Origin: Spirochaetia bacterium
GTDB lineage: Bacteria > Spirochaetota > Spirochaetia > UBA9216
Length of the DNA: 64,000 nucleotides
Direction of reading: 5' to 3'
Assembly: GCA_963675665.1 (NCBI GenBank)
Contig: OY776510.1
Coordinates: 1,568,001-1,632,000 of the forward strand
Position 1 is the first letter of the stretch. Each line of letters begins with the position of its first letter. The position numbers were made by a program, and so were the translations under genes. The notes below the pieces were generated by a model. That model did no database searches, was not told where the DNA came from, and saw only the letters and a program-made list of their open reading frames with translations. This document shows positions 38,521-48,164 of the stretch, one piece after another.

Positions 38521-39780
38521 TTATTTTAGGCTCTCGAACGCTGCAGTCATAAACTGTATAAACTGGGCCTTTGTTATAGAACCGTTTGCGAACTGATTAT
38601 AGATAGGTGCAAGTGTCTGGTCCCTGAAGTCATTGGTGAAATAATACTGGTTCCAGGAATAAACCTTGCCTGCCGCAGCCCACTGCTGAACAGATTTGGA
38701 AAGCTGTCCGGAAGGATTGAGGGATATATTTGAGTATGCAGGAATCATGCCCGCCTTATTGACCATATAATCATTGCCTTCTGAAGTGAACACAAGATCA
38801 TTCAGGAATTTCTTTGCAGCTTCAATGTTTTTGGAATCCTTGTTTATGACATAGAAAGAAGGTGCTGCGACAAAAATACCGTCAGTTGGCGTAGACATTG
38901 AACCGTGGGGTGCAAAGGCCATCTTGAAAGTAGCATTGGCTGCCGCCATATTCGGATCTGTCCAGTTTCCCTGATGCAGGAAAGCTGCCTTGCCTGTAGC
39001 AAAAGCTCCTACCTGTGCATCATAATTCCCGGTTGTCAGTACAGTTTTGTCTGCATAAGTGAACAGAAGCTCTACCCAATCCGCATAGTCTTTCAGTCTC
39101 TTTGCATCAACTTTTCCTGCAAGCAGATCGTTTACAACAGAGAGATCTCCATATTTAAGACCGTTAGACAGAAGAGAATTGAAATTATGGTGGGCAGTGA
39201 CCCATCCCATGTCAGCGCTTGCAGCCATTGAGATAACGGAGTCTATTCCCAGTTCGGCTTTCATCGAATCAATCTTTGAACAGGCGCTCTTGTAGGCGGA
39301 GATCGTTGTCAGGGAGGCGGGATCAACACCGGCTTTGGCAAGAATATCCACATTATAGGCCATTCCCCAGCCTTCTACGGCAACAGGAAAACCATAAACC
39401 TTGCCGCCGTTTTTAAAAGCGACGGATGTCTTTTCCGCCCATTTCTCATTTGAAAGATCAAGGATTATTGATTCCCATTCTTTATAATCTTCAACACCTG
39501 CTATTACAAAAATATCAGGCATTTCACCTGCTGCATAATCCGCGCGCAACTGCTGTCCGAGATCGGCCCCGGTTGATCCTCCGACGGATTTAATTGTAAT
39601 TTTGACTCCGGAATTCCCGGTCCAGACCTTGCCGTATGCCTGCAGTGCGGCGTCAATCTCCGGTTTGTTCTGCATCAATGTGATAGGGCTGTTGTCCCCA
39701 CCTGATTCCTGGGTTCCGCCTGTAAAAGACAGGCCGGCAGTCAGCGTCAATAACAATAGTACTATTAGTGCTTTTTTCAT
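38521..39780 (-). CDS. Carbohydrate ABC substrate-binding protein (CUT1), probably maltose/maltodextrin or related alpha-glucoside
   Basis: MKK-hydrophobic-SFTGGTQE signal; QNKPEI, MPDIF, VYGFP..VEGWG..YN, HQGNW; start 39780 after AAGGAG. Confidence 0.85.
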   Translation of the reverse strand: MKKALIVLLLLTLTAGLSFTGGTQESGGDNSPITLMQNKPEIDAALQAYGKVWTGNSGVKITIKSVGGSTGADLGQQLRADYAAGEMPDIFVIAGVEDYKEWESIILDLSNEKWAEKTSVAFKNGGKVYGFPVAVEGWGMAYNVDILAKAGVDPASLTTISAYKSACSKIDSMKAELGIDSVISMAASADMGWVTAHHNFNSLLSNGLKYGDLSVVNDLLAGKVDAKRLKDYADWVELLFTYADKTVLTTGNYDAQVGAFATGKAAFLHQGNWTDPNMAAANATFKMAFAPHGSMSTPTDGIFVAAPSFYVINKDSKNIEAAKKFLNDLVFTSEGNDYMVNKAGMIPAYSNISLNPSGQLSKSVQQWAAAGKVYSWNQYYFTNDFRDQTLAPIYNQFANGSITKAQFIQFMTAAFESLK

Positions 39781-39808
39781 TTTTGAACACTCCTTCATTA
39801 TTAATTAG

Positions 39809-39948
39809 TGAAAGCGTTTGCGCATCACTCATTAATTTATAGCATCGTTTGTGCTATAGGTCAAGAAATTGTTCGATAAAATGCCTTAAAATCCTTTTTA
39901 ATGGCAATATTTGTATATTATTTTCAATATCAAAGGCAAGCGTTTGCA
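39809..39948. promoter_or_regulatory. Two LacI/MalR-type operators in the divergent intergenic region
   Basis: TGAAAGCGTTTGCG(39809-22) and GGCAAGCGTTTGCA(39935-48) share AAGCGTTTGC with central CG. Confidence 0.65.
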
Positions 39949-40028
39949 CTTTAATGTTGAATCTATAAAAGAATAATTGCACAAACAGACTATTCTGTAT
40001 AAAATCATACTTCATAGGGGGTATATAA

Positions 40029-41042
40029 TTGAAATCCAATATTAAAGATGTAGCAAAACTTGCGGGAGTTTCCCCCTCTACCGTTTCACGGGTAATCCAT
40101 AATAATACAAGGATAAGCGAAAATACAAAAATAAGAGTAAGAGAAGCAATGGAGGAGCTTGGATATATACCGAATGCCGCTGCCAGTTCGCTGGCCGGGC
40201 ATACTCCGAAAACCCTGGGGCTGGTACTGCCTAATAATCCCGGAGAACTTTTCAAAAATCCGTTTTTTATCAATGCCATGCGCGGAATCTCAGTTTACGC
40301 TCAGCAGCAGGGGTATTTTCTGTTATACTCATTCTCCAGCGACGAGGAAGACGAGATTCAATTTATCAGGAATTACATAAACAGCGGATGGATCTCGGGT
40401 GTAGTGCTTCTTACAGCAAGAAAGAACGACAGATGCGTTGAATATCTTAGGCAGTCGGAGTTTCCGTTTGTGCTGATAGGACACGCTGAAGATCCGATTA
40501 ATACCAACTGGGTAGATAACGACAATTTTCAGGCAATGTACCAGGTAGTTAATTACCTTATTGAAAAAGGTCACCGGAAAATCGGTTTTGTCGGGGGGCC
40601 TGAAACATTCAGGGTTACACAGGACCGATATAACGGTTATCTTCAGGCACTTAACAGCAGGGGCTTTGTACCTGATGAAGAACTGATATTTATGGGAGAT
40701 GATTTTAGTGAGGGTTCCGGTATAAAAGGCGCTGAAAAAATTCTTAAAAACACGTTGCCGGATGCCATAGCTACTACTGACGACCAATTGGCGTTCGGTG
40801 TATTGGGGTTTCTTGAAGCCAACCGGATAGAAGGACTCGCCGTAACCGGTTTTAATAATACAGTCAGGAGCATGTATCAAAAACCGACGCTGACATCCGT
40901 TGATATAAATCCGGAACTGTTGGGTGAGCGTGCCGCGGAACTTCTTATCAACCTTCTTGAATCAGACAAATCAAAACGAAAAGATATTGTTCCGAATCAT
41001 TACCTTGTTCCAGCGAAGCTGATTCCGCGCGAGACGGCCTGA
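40029..41042 (+). CDS. LacI-family regulator, MalR-like
   Basis: IKDVAKLAGVSPSTVSRV, ISENTK..V..AMEELGY.PN, FKNPFF, WVDNDN. Confidence 0.9.
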   Translation: MKSNIKDVAKLAGVSPSTVSRVIHNNTRISENTKIRVREAMEELGYIPNAAASSLAGHTPKTLGLVLPNNPGELFKNPFFINAMRGISVYAQQQGYFLLYSFSSDEEDEIQFIRNYINSGWISGVVLLTARKNDRCVEYLRQSEFPFVLIGHAEDPINTNWVDNDNFQAMYQVVNYLIEKGHRKIGFVGGPETFRVTQDRYNGYLQALNSRGFVPDEELIFMGDDFSEGSGIKGAEKILKNTLPDAIATTDDQLAFGVLGFLEANRIEGLAVTGFNNTVRSMYQKPTLTSVDINPELLGERAAELLINLLESDKSKRKDIVPNHYLVPAKLIPRETA

Positions 41043-41122
41043 TGTAAATGTTGTTCCGGCCACGGCGGCTGAGGCAGTAATTATGCTGTTAAATAGAAGA
41101 GATTGTTCCTTTCTTTAGAATA

Positions 41123-42157
41123 TCAGTGTTGATTAAAATCCTTAACACTGTTTCTTGTTATAAGCTTTCCACCGATGAGGGTTTTTCGCGGCGGGGGGCT
41201 TGATTCTCTGCCGCATTTCAGCAGAAGCATATCGAAGGCTGTCTGGCCGATTTCCTTTTTTGATACATTTATTGTAGTTAATCCCGGAGAAACCATCGAG
41301 GACATGGGAAGGTTGTCGAAAGCGGCAATCGAAACATCATCCGGAATTGAATATCCGGCTTCCTGCAGTGCGCGCATGCAGCCCATCGCAATGATGTCGT
41401 TTATCGCAAAGAACACAGTCGGAAGTTCGGGTTTAGCCTGCAGGAAATTTTTGAAATCAGAATAGGCGTTCTCAAATGTGGAGTCGACATCAATTATATA
41501 TTTTTCATTAACATCCAGTCCGACGCTGTCCATCACCTGGCGGAACGCTTTCTCCCGCAATTGAAAATTTCTTGTATTGACGCTGCTTTTTATCAGGCCA
41601 ATTTTTTTATGTCCAAATTGGATGAAATGGTTGATAAGCTTGTATACTGCGTCGGTATTGTTCATATCTACAAAATCAGCAGAAATATAATCAAGAAATG
41701 TGTCTACAAAAACAATATCCTTTCCGGTTTTTAAAAAGGCCCTGATGTCTTCTTCGCTGAGTTCGGTTCCGAGTATGAGGTATCCGGTTATCTGGGGCGA
41801 TTCGATGATTTTTGTTATTATTGAATCGAGCGGAGTTTCTGAACCGTAGGCTTCGACTTCAAGCACAGTGCCGCTTTCGGATGCAATTGACGTAATGCCC
41901 TCAACGTAAGCATCGATAAAGTAATTATGGTTTTTGTTTATTGTATGACCATGCCGGGAAATCTTGAGAAAACGAACAATCACGTCCGTATCGGGTGATA
42001 CTATTCTGGAAAGCGGTTCATAACCGAGTTCCCTTGCTACATCCATAACCCGGCTGCGGGTTTCAGCGCTTACGCCGGGTTTATTGTTAATTGCCAACGA
42101 TACTGCTGCTGACGAGACCCCTGCTTTATCGGCAATATCCTTAATGGTTATTTTCAT
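41123..42157 (-). CDS. LacI-family regulator
   Basis: ITIKDIADKAGVSSAAVSLAINNKPGVS, FGHKKIG, NDIIAMG, SIAAFDN. Confidence 0.92.
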   Translation of the reverse strand: MKITIKDIADKAGVSSAAVSLAINNKPGVSAETRSRVMDVARELGYEPLSRIVSPDTDVIVRFLKISRHGHTINKNHNYFIDAYVEGITSIASESGTVLEVEAYGSETPLDSIITKIIESPQITGYLILGTELSEEDIRAFLKTGKDIVFVDTFLDYISADFVDMNNTDAVYKLINHFIQFGHKKIGLIKSSVNTRNFQLREKAFRQVMDSVGLDVNEKYIIDVDSTFENAYSDFKNFLQAKPELPTVFFAINDIIAMGCMRALQEAGYSIPDDVSIAAFDNLPMSSMVSPGLTTINVSKKEIGQTAFDMLLLKCGRESSPPPRKTLIGGKLITRNSVKDFNQH

Positions 42158-42386
42158 AAAAAATCCTGAATAGTAAAATTGAACTTAATTTTAACTTAAC
42201 TTTCAGTATATTACAACTAAAAAAATGAGAGCAGAAGACATTATTTTTAATTAATAAAATGGAAAAAGCCCCAAAAATTAGAAGTAAAAGGAAGAATGCG
42301 TTATATATTGATATATATTTAACTAAATAATATCTAAAAAGCTCTAAAAAGAGAACTAAACACAAGCTAAATATTTAGAATAATCC

Positions 42387-42421
42387 TTGACAACAGAAAG
42401 ATGTAAAGTTAAGATAACTTT
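42387..42421 (+). promoter_or_regulatory. sigma70 promoter overlapped by an inverted repeat (candidate operator)
   Basis: TTGACA(42387-92)-17-TAAGAT(42410-15); AAAGTTA-AGA-TAACTTT(42405-21). Confidence 0.6.
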
Positions 42422-42469
42422 GTGTCCTCATTCCTGAGGAATTAAAAAAAACAATTTAGGAGGTCGATC

Positions 42470-43510
42470 ATGAAAAAGATCGTAGCAATGCTTTTAGCAT
42501 TAATTGTCGTCGGCGGAATGGTAGTCGCGGGCGGACAGCAGGAAAGCGCTGCAGCTGGTGATGATCAGCTGGAAATCGTAATGGTTGTAAAACTGGAAGG
42601 TGTAGCATGGTTTGACAACATGAGACTCGGAATTGAAAGATTTAATGCCGAGCATCCGGATGTAAATTGTTATCAGATCGGTGCCGATACAGCCGATCCG
42701 GCCGCACAGGTAGCACTTGTAAACGACCTTATCGCAAAAGGTGTTGACGCAATCCTTGTAGTCCCTAATGACCCGGAATCGCTTGTTCCTGTATTCAAGA
42801 AGGCGAATGATGCCGGTATTCTTACCTTTACGCATGAAGCATCAAACCAGAAACAGATTAGTTTTGATGTTGAAGCTTTTGACAACGCGGCATACGGACG
42901 TCATATGATGGATGTTATGGCTACATGGATGGGAAAAGAAGGCGTCTGGCAGCCTTTTGTAGGTCATCTTACATCACCTACACACAACCAGTGGGTCGAC
43001 GGTGAAGTTGAACAGGCCAAGAAAATGTACCCTAAACTCAAAATGGCAACACAGAGAGTTGAAGAGCAGGAAAACCAGCAGATTGCATACGAAAAATCAC
43101 TTGAGCTTCTTAAAACTTATCCTAACCTGAAAGCTCTTATGGGGTCGGCAATGAGTACTGTTCCGGGAGCCGCCGCTGCAATAGAAGAAAAAGGTCTTAT
43201 CGGTAAGGTTGCTGCATTCGGTACATGTCTGCCGTCAGTTGCCGGCGATTACCTTGAAAGCGGTGCCGCCAAATCAATTCATTTCTGGGTTCCTGCTGAT
43301 GCCGGTTATGTAACGGCAATGGCTGCCTATAAAACTCTAAAGGGTGAAGAAATTACAGACGGAACCGATATGGGTGCTCAGGGTTATAATAAAATAACCG
43401 TTAAGAAAAACGAGTTCGGTTATCCTGTTATCTATGGACAGGCCTGGGTTGATGTCAACAAAGACAATCTTGATGACTGGAAAGATGCCAGCGGAAAGTA
43501 TAAACTTTAG
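42470..43510 (+). CDS. ABC substrate-binding protein, LsrB/RhaS-like family
   Basis: Signal ending MVVAGGQQE; VKLEGVAWF, ADPAAQV, VVPND, HFWVPADAG. Confidence 0.85.
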   Translation: MKKIVAMLLALIVVGGMVVAGGQQESAAAGDDQLEIVMVVKLEGVAWFDNMRLGIERFNAEHPDVNCYQIGADTADPAAQVALVNDLIAKGVDAILVVPNDPESLVPVFKKANDAGILTFTHEASNQKQISFDVEAFDNAAYGRHMMDVMATWMGKEGVWQPFVGHLTSPTHNQWVDGEVEQAKKMYPKLKMATQRVEEQENQQIAYEKSLELLKTYPNLKALMGSAMSTVPGAAAAIEEKGLIGKVAAFGTCLPSVAGDYLESGAAKSIHFWVPADAGYVTAMAAYKTLKGEEITDGTDMGAQGYNKITVKKNEFGYPVIYGQAWVDVNKDNLDDWKDASGKYKL

Positions 43511-43527
43511 ATTGAACTAAGTTCTTC

Positions 43528-43561
43528 GGAAGGAAGGCTTGGCCCTTCCTTCCTTTTTTTT
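43528..43561 (+). terminator. Stem-loop with U-tract after SBP gene
   Basis: GGAAGGAAGG-CTTGGC-CCTTCCTTCC-TTTTTTTT. Confidence 0.75.
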
Positions 43562-43571
43562 AGGAGAAAAT

Positions 43572-45098
43572 ATGGCTGAAGTATTTCTTGAAGCTAAAGG
43601 GGTAAGCAAAACATTCGTCGGGGTTAAGGCTTTGGATAATGTTGATCTTACCATTGGCAAAGGAGAAATCCATTGCCTTATAGGTGAGAATGGCTCCGGA
43701 AAATCCACTCTGATAAAAATTATCGGCGGTGTATACAGGGCAGACAGCGGAAGCATTGAAATAGAAGGAAAAGAGCTTCATGAACACGGTATGCAGGCAA
43801 TTGAATCGATCCGCGCCGGAGTGCAGATTATTTATCAGGACCTTTCGCTGTTTCCAAACCTGACCGTTGCTGAAAATATTTCAATCAATCAAATGCTTGA
43901 AAGCAATCAGCAGACTGTTAACTGGAAAAATGTCCAGGAAGAAGCCCAAAAGGCGTTAAATGAGATCGGCGAGAAAATTGATCTTAATGAAAGGGTTGAA
44001 AACCTGTCAATGGCAAAAAAACAGATTATTGCCATTTCAAGAGCCCTTACGCAGAATGCAAAACTAATAATAATGGATGAGGCTACCTCTGCAATTACAA
44101 AAGAGGAAGTTGATCATCTTTTTTCAATAATATTAAAATTGAAAGAAAGGGGAATATCAATCCTGTTCGTCAGTCACAAGCTGAGCGAGGTTTTTGAAAT
44201 CTCGGAAAACATAACCATCCTCAAGGATGGTAAGCAGATAGGTGTCTATCCTACATCTGAACTCGATAATGATAAGCTTGTTTACCTTATGACTGGACGG
44301 GAACTGGAATATTCTCCATACATATATAAAAAGGAAATGGCAGAAGAAATTCCTTTGCTGTCTGTTGAGAATCTGAATAAAGAACGGCAATTTCATGATA
44401 TCAATTTTTCCCTGCAAAAGGGAGAAATTCTCGGAATAACCGGGCTGATTGGATCCGGACGAACAGAGGTTGCTCAGGCCCTTTTTGGACTGAACCGGCC
44501 GGACAGCGGAACTGTACGAATGAAGGGCAAGGCGCTTGAAATAAAGAGTCCTGAAGATGCGATTCGTCATGGACTGGCGCTTTTACCGGAAGACAGGCAT
44601 AATCAGGGCCTTTTTGAAGAACAATCGATAGGTGATAATATTGTAATAACTATTTTAAAATCGCTGCTGGCGAAACTCAGTTTGCTGAGTCCGGTTAAGC
44701 GCAAAGACGCCGGCAACAGATGGATTGAGAAGCTTGCGATTAAAACTCCCACAGGAGATAATCCGGTTAACAGCCTTTCGGGTGGAAACCAGCAGCGGGT
44801 TGTACTTGCCAAATGGCTGGCAACTGAACCTGAGGTTTTTATTCTGGACGGGCCCACTATCGGAATAGATATAGGCTCAAAACACACGATACATGAAATT
44901 ATCCGGGATCTTGCCGGAAAGGGAATGGGAATTATCATGATTTCCGATGAGATTCAGGAGATTCTTGATAACTGTAACCGTGTTTTGCTTATGTCGAACG
45001 GCAGAATGATAAAAGAGGTTGAAGATTCAACCACAACAACGGCAGAGGAGCTGTTTGATATAGTGACAAGATCATATGAAGGGGAGGTAGGCGCATGA
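43572..45098 (+). CDS. Sugar ABC ATP-binding protein (two NBDs)
   Basis: GENGSGKST, YQDLSLFPNL, MDEAT, LSGGNQQRV, LDGPT; start 43572 after AGGAG. Confidence 0.93.
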   Translation: MAEVFLEAKGVSKTFVGVKALDNVDLTIGKGEIHCLIGENGSGKSTLIKIIGGVYRADSGSIEIEGKELHEHGMQAIESIRAGVQIIYQDLSLFPNLTVAENISINQMLESNQQTVNWKNVQEEAQKALNEIGEKIDLNERVENLSMAKKQIIAISRALTQNAKLIIMDEATSAITKEEVDHLFSIILKLKERGISILFVSHKLSEVFEISENITILKDGKQIGVYPTSELDNDKLVYLMTGRELEYSPYIYKKEMAEEIPLLSVENLNKERQFHDINFSLQKGEILGITGLIGSGRTEVAQALFGLNRPDSGTVRMKGKALEIKSPEDAIRHGLALLPEDRHNQGLFEEQSIGDNIVITILKSLLAKLSLLSPVKRKDAGNRWIEKLAIKTPTGDNPVNSLSGGNQQRVVLAKWLATEPEVFILDGPTIGIDIGSKHTIHEIIRDLAGKGMGIIMISDEIQEILDNCNRVLLMSNGRMIKEVEDSTTTTAEELFDIVTRSYEGEVGA

Positions 45099-46105
45099 CC
45101 GTGAAATCACTGATGAAGAAAAATGAAACCTATCTTCTATTAATAGTAATTGTTTTTTCTATTGTTATTAACATTATTAATCCGGTGTTTCTGACTTTTG
45201 AAAATATTTTCGATCTTCTGCGTAGCAGTTCAGGGACAGCTGTTCTGGCTATCGGAGTATTCGTAGTTCTTTTGTCCGGAGGTATAGATGTTTCCTGTAC
45301 TGCAATTGCCATATGCGGTCAGTACATAGCAGTTAATTTTCTGATTGCAAGCGGTGTTGACAATATTTTTGTTGCTTTTCTGATCTCGATAGGTATAGGA
45401 CTGGCTCTTGGGGCAATAAATGCTGTATTTATATCGATATTTAACCTTCCTACGCTGATTACTACCCTAGGCACAAGCAGCCTTTTTCACGGAGCGCTTT
45501 TAGAGTGGGTGGGAACAAAAGCTGTAAATGTCGGAAACATACCGGACAGTATCAAAACATTCGGGAAAATGAATATTCTTACATTTACCAGACCCGACGG
45601 GACAGAATACGGATTATCTGTTTTTTTCCTGATTTTGGTGATAGTTGTCGTTCTTACCTGGTTTATACTTAAATATACAATGATAGGACGGGGTATTTAT
45701 GCAATAGGCGGAAACCGCGAGGCGGCCAAAAGGACTGGTTACAACATCCGTAAAATCCAGTTTTTCACATATATGTACGCAGGCCTGCTTGCAGGTGTAA
45801 TGGGCGTGATGCATCTTTCGCTGATTCGTTACAGTAATCCGAACTATATTGTAGGGTCGGAGCTGAGCGTGATAGCGGCAGTTGTTCTCGGCGGAACAAG
45901 GATAAGCGGTGGAACCGGAACTATAACCGGGACCCTGATTGGAGTTGCTCTTATTACAATCCTTGAGAAAAATCTTGTTCTTATCGGGTTGTCGTCCTAC
46001 TGGCAGCAGTTTTTTATCGGTGTAATAATTATTCTCGGTGTTACAATCACATATGCACAGAACAAGATTAGCGGTCGGCGAAAATTGTCGATTGACAGTG
46101 TTTAG
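45095..46105 (+). CDS. Sugar ABC permease
   Basis: GGIDVS, LPTLITTLG, AIGGN.EAA, IAAVVLGGT. Confidence 0.92.
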   Translation: MTVKSLMKKNETYLLLIVIVFSIVINIINPVFLTFENIFDLLRSSSGTAVLAIGVFVVLLSGGIDVSCTAIAICGQYIAVNFLIASGVDNIFVAFLISIGIGLALGAINAVFISIFNLPTLITTLGTSSLFHGALLEWVGTKAVNVGNIPDSIKTFGKMNILTFTRPDGTEYGLSVFFLILVIVVVLTWFILKYTMIGRGIYAIGGNREAAKRTGYNIRKIQFFTYMYAGLLAGVMGVMHLSLIRYSNPNYIVGSELSVIAAVVLGGTRISGGTGTITGTLIGVALITILEKNLVLIGLSSYWQQFFIGVIIILGVTITYAQNKISGRRKLSIDSV

Positions 46106-46120
46106 TGTGGAGAGGGTAAA

Positions 46121-47140
46121 GTGAAAATTAATATTAAGAGTTCGAAAAACTTAACGCTTTTTATAATAATGATGGTGATTTTTGCAGTGTTGTCTATCGC
46201 AATGCCGAGCAAGTTCCTTACCGGAATAAATCTGCAGTCAATGGCTTCACAATTTCCCGAATTCGGACTACTTGCTCTTGCCATGATGATGGCGATGATT
46301 ACAGGCGGAATTGATCTTTCGGTTGTCTCCATATCGAATTTTACCGGTGTCATTGCCGCATTGATTCTTTCCGGTTCGGTTGAATCGTCAACACCGGCCG
46401 GTGTAGCAATTCTTTTTGCTGTTGTTGCCGTTGTCGCAATATCGGTAATCTGCGGTATGGTAAACGGCATGCTTATAGCGCTGATAGGCGTTCCTCCGAT
46501 TCTTGCAACTCTTGGAACCCAGGGCCTTTTTCTGGGTTTGGCGATAGTAATAACCGAAGGGCATAGCATAAGCGGGTTTCCTGAGGTGTTTATGGGGCTT
46601 GGGAGCGGGAATCTTCTCGGGCTTCCGGTACCTTTTGTAATTTTTGTCGTAATAGCGTTTCTTGTAAGTGTTTTATTGGGAAGGACACGCCAGGGATTTA
46701 ATATGTATATGGTTGGTTCGAATCCGACAGTTGCTAAATTTTCGGGTGTAAACAACACCAGGGTGCTGATAAATACATATATCCTTACGGCAATACTCGC
46801 AGGTCTGGCATCACTTATAATGATTTCAAGGGCAAATTCAATGCGTCCGGGTTACGGAACCGCATATCTGTTGCAGGCCATCCTTGTAGCAGTTCTGGGC
46901 GGGACGGATCCTGACGGTGGATTCGGAACAGTTAAAGGTCTGGTGATGGGTATAGTGATACTGCAGATTACACAGAGCGGATTAAATATCATGTCGTTCA
47001 GCCCGTTCTTTAAAAAGTTCATTTGGGGGTTTGCTCTTCTTATGATTATGGTAATTAATTTTCTGCTTCACAGGTACAATGAACGCAGACGAGTTATGGA
47101 GATGAATAAAATTAAAGCTGCAGCACAGGCCGCAGGCTAG
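46121..47140 (+). CDS. Sugar ABC permease
   Basis: QFPEFGLL, GGIDLS, PPILATLG, AVLGGTDPDGGFG. Confidence 0.92.
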   Translation: MKINIKSSKNLTLFIIMMVIFAVLSIAMPSKFLTGINLQSMASQFPEFGLLALAMMMAMITGGIDLSVVSISNFTGVIAALILSGSVESSTPAGVAILFAVVAVVAISVICGMVNGMLIALIGVPPILATLGTQGLFLGLAIVITEGHSISGFPEVFMGLGSGNLLGLPVPFVIFVVIAFLVSVLLGRTRQGFNMYMVGSNPTVAKFSGVNNTRVLINTYILTAILAGLASLIMISRANSMRPGYGTAYLLQAILVAVLGGTDPDGGFGTVKGLVMGIVILQITQSGLNIMSFSPFFKKFIWGFALLMIMVINFLLHRYNERRRVMEMNKIKAAAQAAG

Positions 47141-47149
47141 GGAGGAATA

Positions 47150-48154
47150 ATGAAAAAGTTCTTAAACAAACCGGAAAAATTTGTTGATGAGATGATAGAA
47201 GGGATAATGGCGGCGCATTCTGACAAGTTGAAATATGTCAATGATGATTTACGCTGTGTCTGTACAGCCACCGGCAGAGAAGGAAAGGTCGGCATAGCGA
47301 CCGGGGGCGGATCAGGGCATCTTCCGCTGTTTCTGGGATATGTGGGCGACGGAATGCTTGACGGTTGTTCGGTAGGCGGAGTCTTTCAGTCGCCAAGCGC
47401 CGAGCAGATGTTTGAGGTTACAAAAGAAATAGACAGGGGTGCAGGCGTTTTATATATATACGGAAATTACGGCGGCGATATCATGAACTTCGATATGGCG
47501 GCGGAAATGGCAGATATGGAAGATATCAAAGTGCTGCAGGTAGTAGCCGGAGAGGATGTGGCATCGTCAAAGAAGGGCGAGGAACACAAGCGCCGCGGCG
47601 TTGCCGGGATATTTTTTGTGTACAAGATTGCAGGCGCCTGTGCGGATGATCTGAAATCTCTTGAAGAGGTGAAACGTGTTGCTGATAAAGTTTGTGCCAA
47701 CGTCAGGACCATGGGAGTAGCGCTGAGCCCCTGTATAGTGCCCGAGGTGGGCAAACCGTCTTTTCAGATTGAGGATGGAGAGATGGAAATCGGCATGGGA
47801 ATTCACGGGGAACCCGGCATTGAGAAGGGGCCGCTTAAACCCGCAGATGAAGTGGTCGAGACAATGCTGAATGCAATCCTGGTGGATCTTCCTTATGAAA
47901 GAGGGGCTGAAGTAGCGGTACTTATGAACGGGCTCGGAGCAACCCCGAAAGAAGAACTGTATGTGATGTATAGAAAGGTTGCTGAAATACTCAAGGCAAA
48001 AGGGATCTCGGTGTTCCATGTATATGCCGGTGAGTTTGCCACCTCTATGGAAATGGCGGGCGCATCGATATCGCTTCTGAAACTTGATGACGAACTGAAA
48101 AAGTATCTTTCAAGACCTGCATATACACCGTTTTTTGAACAGGTTCAGCTCTAA
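47150..48154 (+). CDS. dhaK: Dihydroxyacetone-kinase family, substrate-binding subunit DhaK
   Basis: GGGSGHLP, NYGGDIMNF, RRGVAG, GMGIHGEPG, NGLGATP, TSMEMAG. Confidence 0.9.
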   Translation: MKKFLNKPEKFVDEMIEGIMAAHSDKLKYVNDDLRCVCTATGREGKVGIATGGGSGHLPLFLGYVGDGMLDGCSVGGVFQSPSAEQMFEVTKEIDRGAGVLYIYGNYGGDIMNFDMAAEMADMEDIKVLQVVAGEDVASSKKGEEHKRRGVAGIFFVYKIAGACADDLKSLEEVKRVADKVCANVRTMGVALSPCIVPEVGKPSFQIEDGEMEIGMGIHGEPGIEKGPLKPADEVVETMLNAILVDLPYERGAEVAVLMNGLGATPKEELYVMYRKVAEILKAKGISVFHVYAGEFATSMEMAGASISLLKLDDELKKYLSRPAYTPFFEQVQL

Positions 48155-48164
48155 GGGGTAACGG

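Noticed and set aside
39854-40279. 141-aa minus-strand ORF
   Set aside because: Antisense to the LacI HTH and runs through the operator region
29287-45098. Degenerate Walker B in second NBDs (DCPT, DGPT) as a sign of inactivation
   Set aside because: One degenerate site is normal in tandem CUT2 ATPases; the first NBDs keep Walker A and the catalytic Glu
42470-47140. AI-2 (Lsr) quorum-sensing uptake system
   Set aside because: SBP is LsrB-like but lsrK, lsrF, lsrG and lsrR are absent; linked genes point to small ketose catabolism
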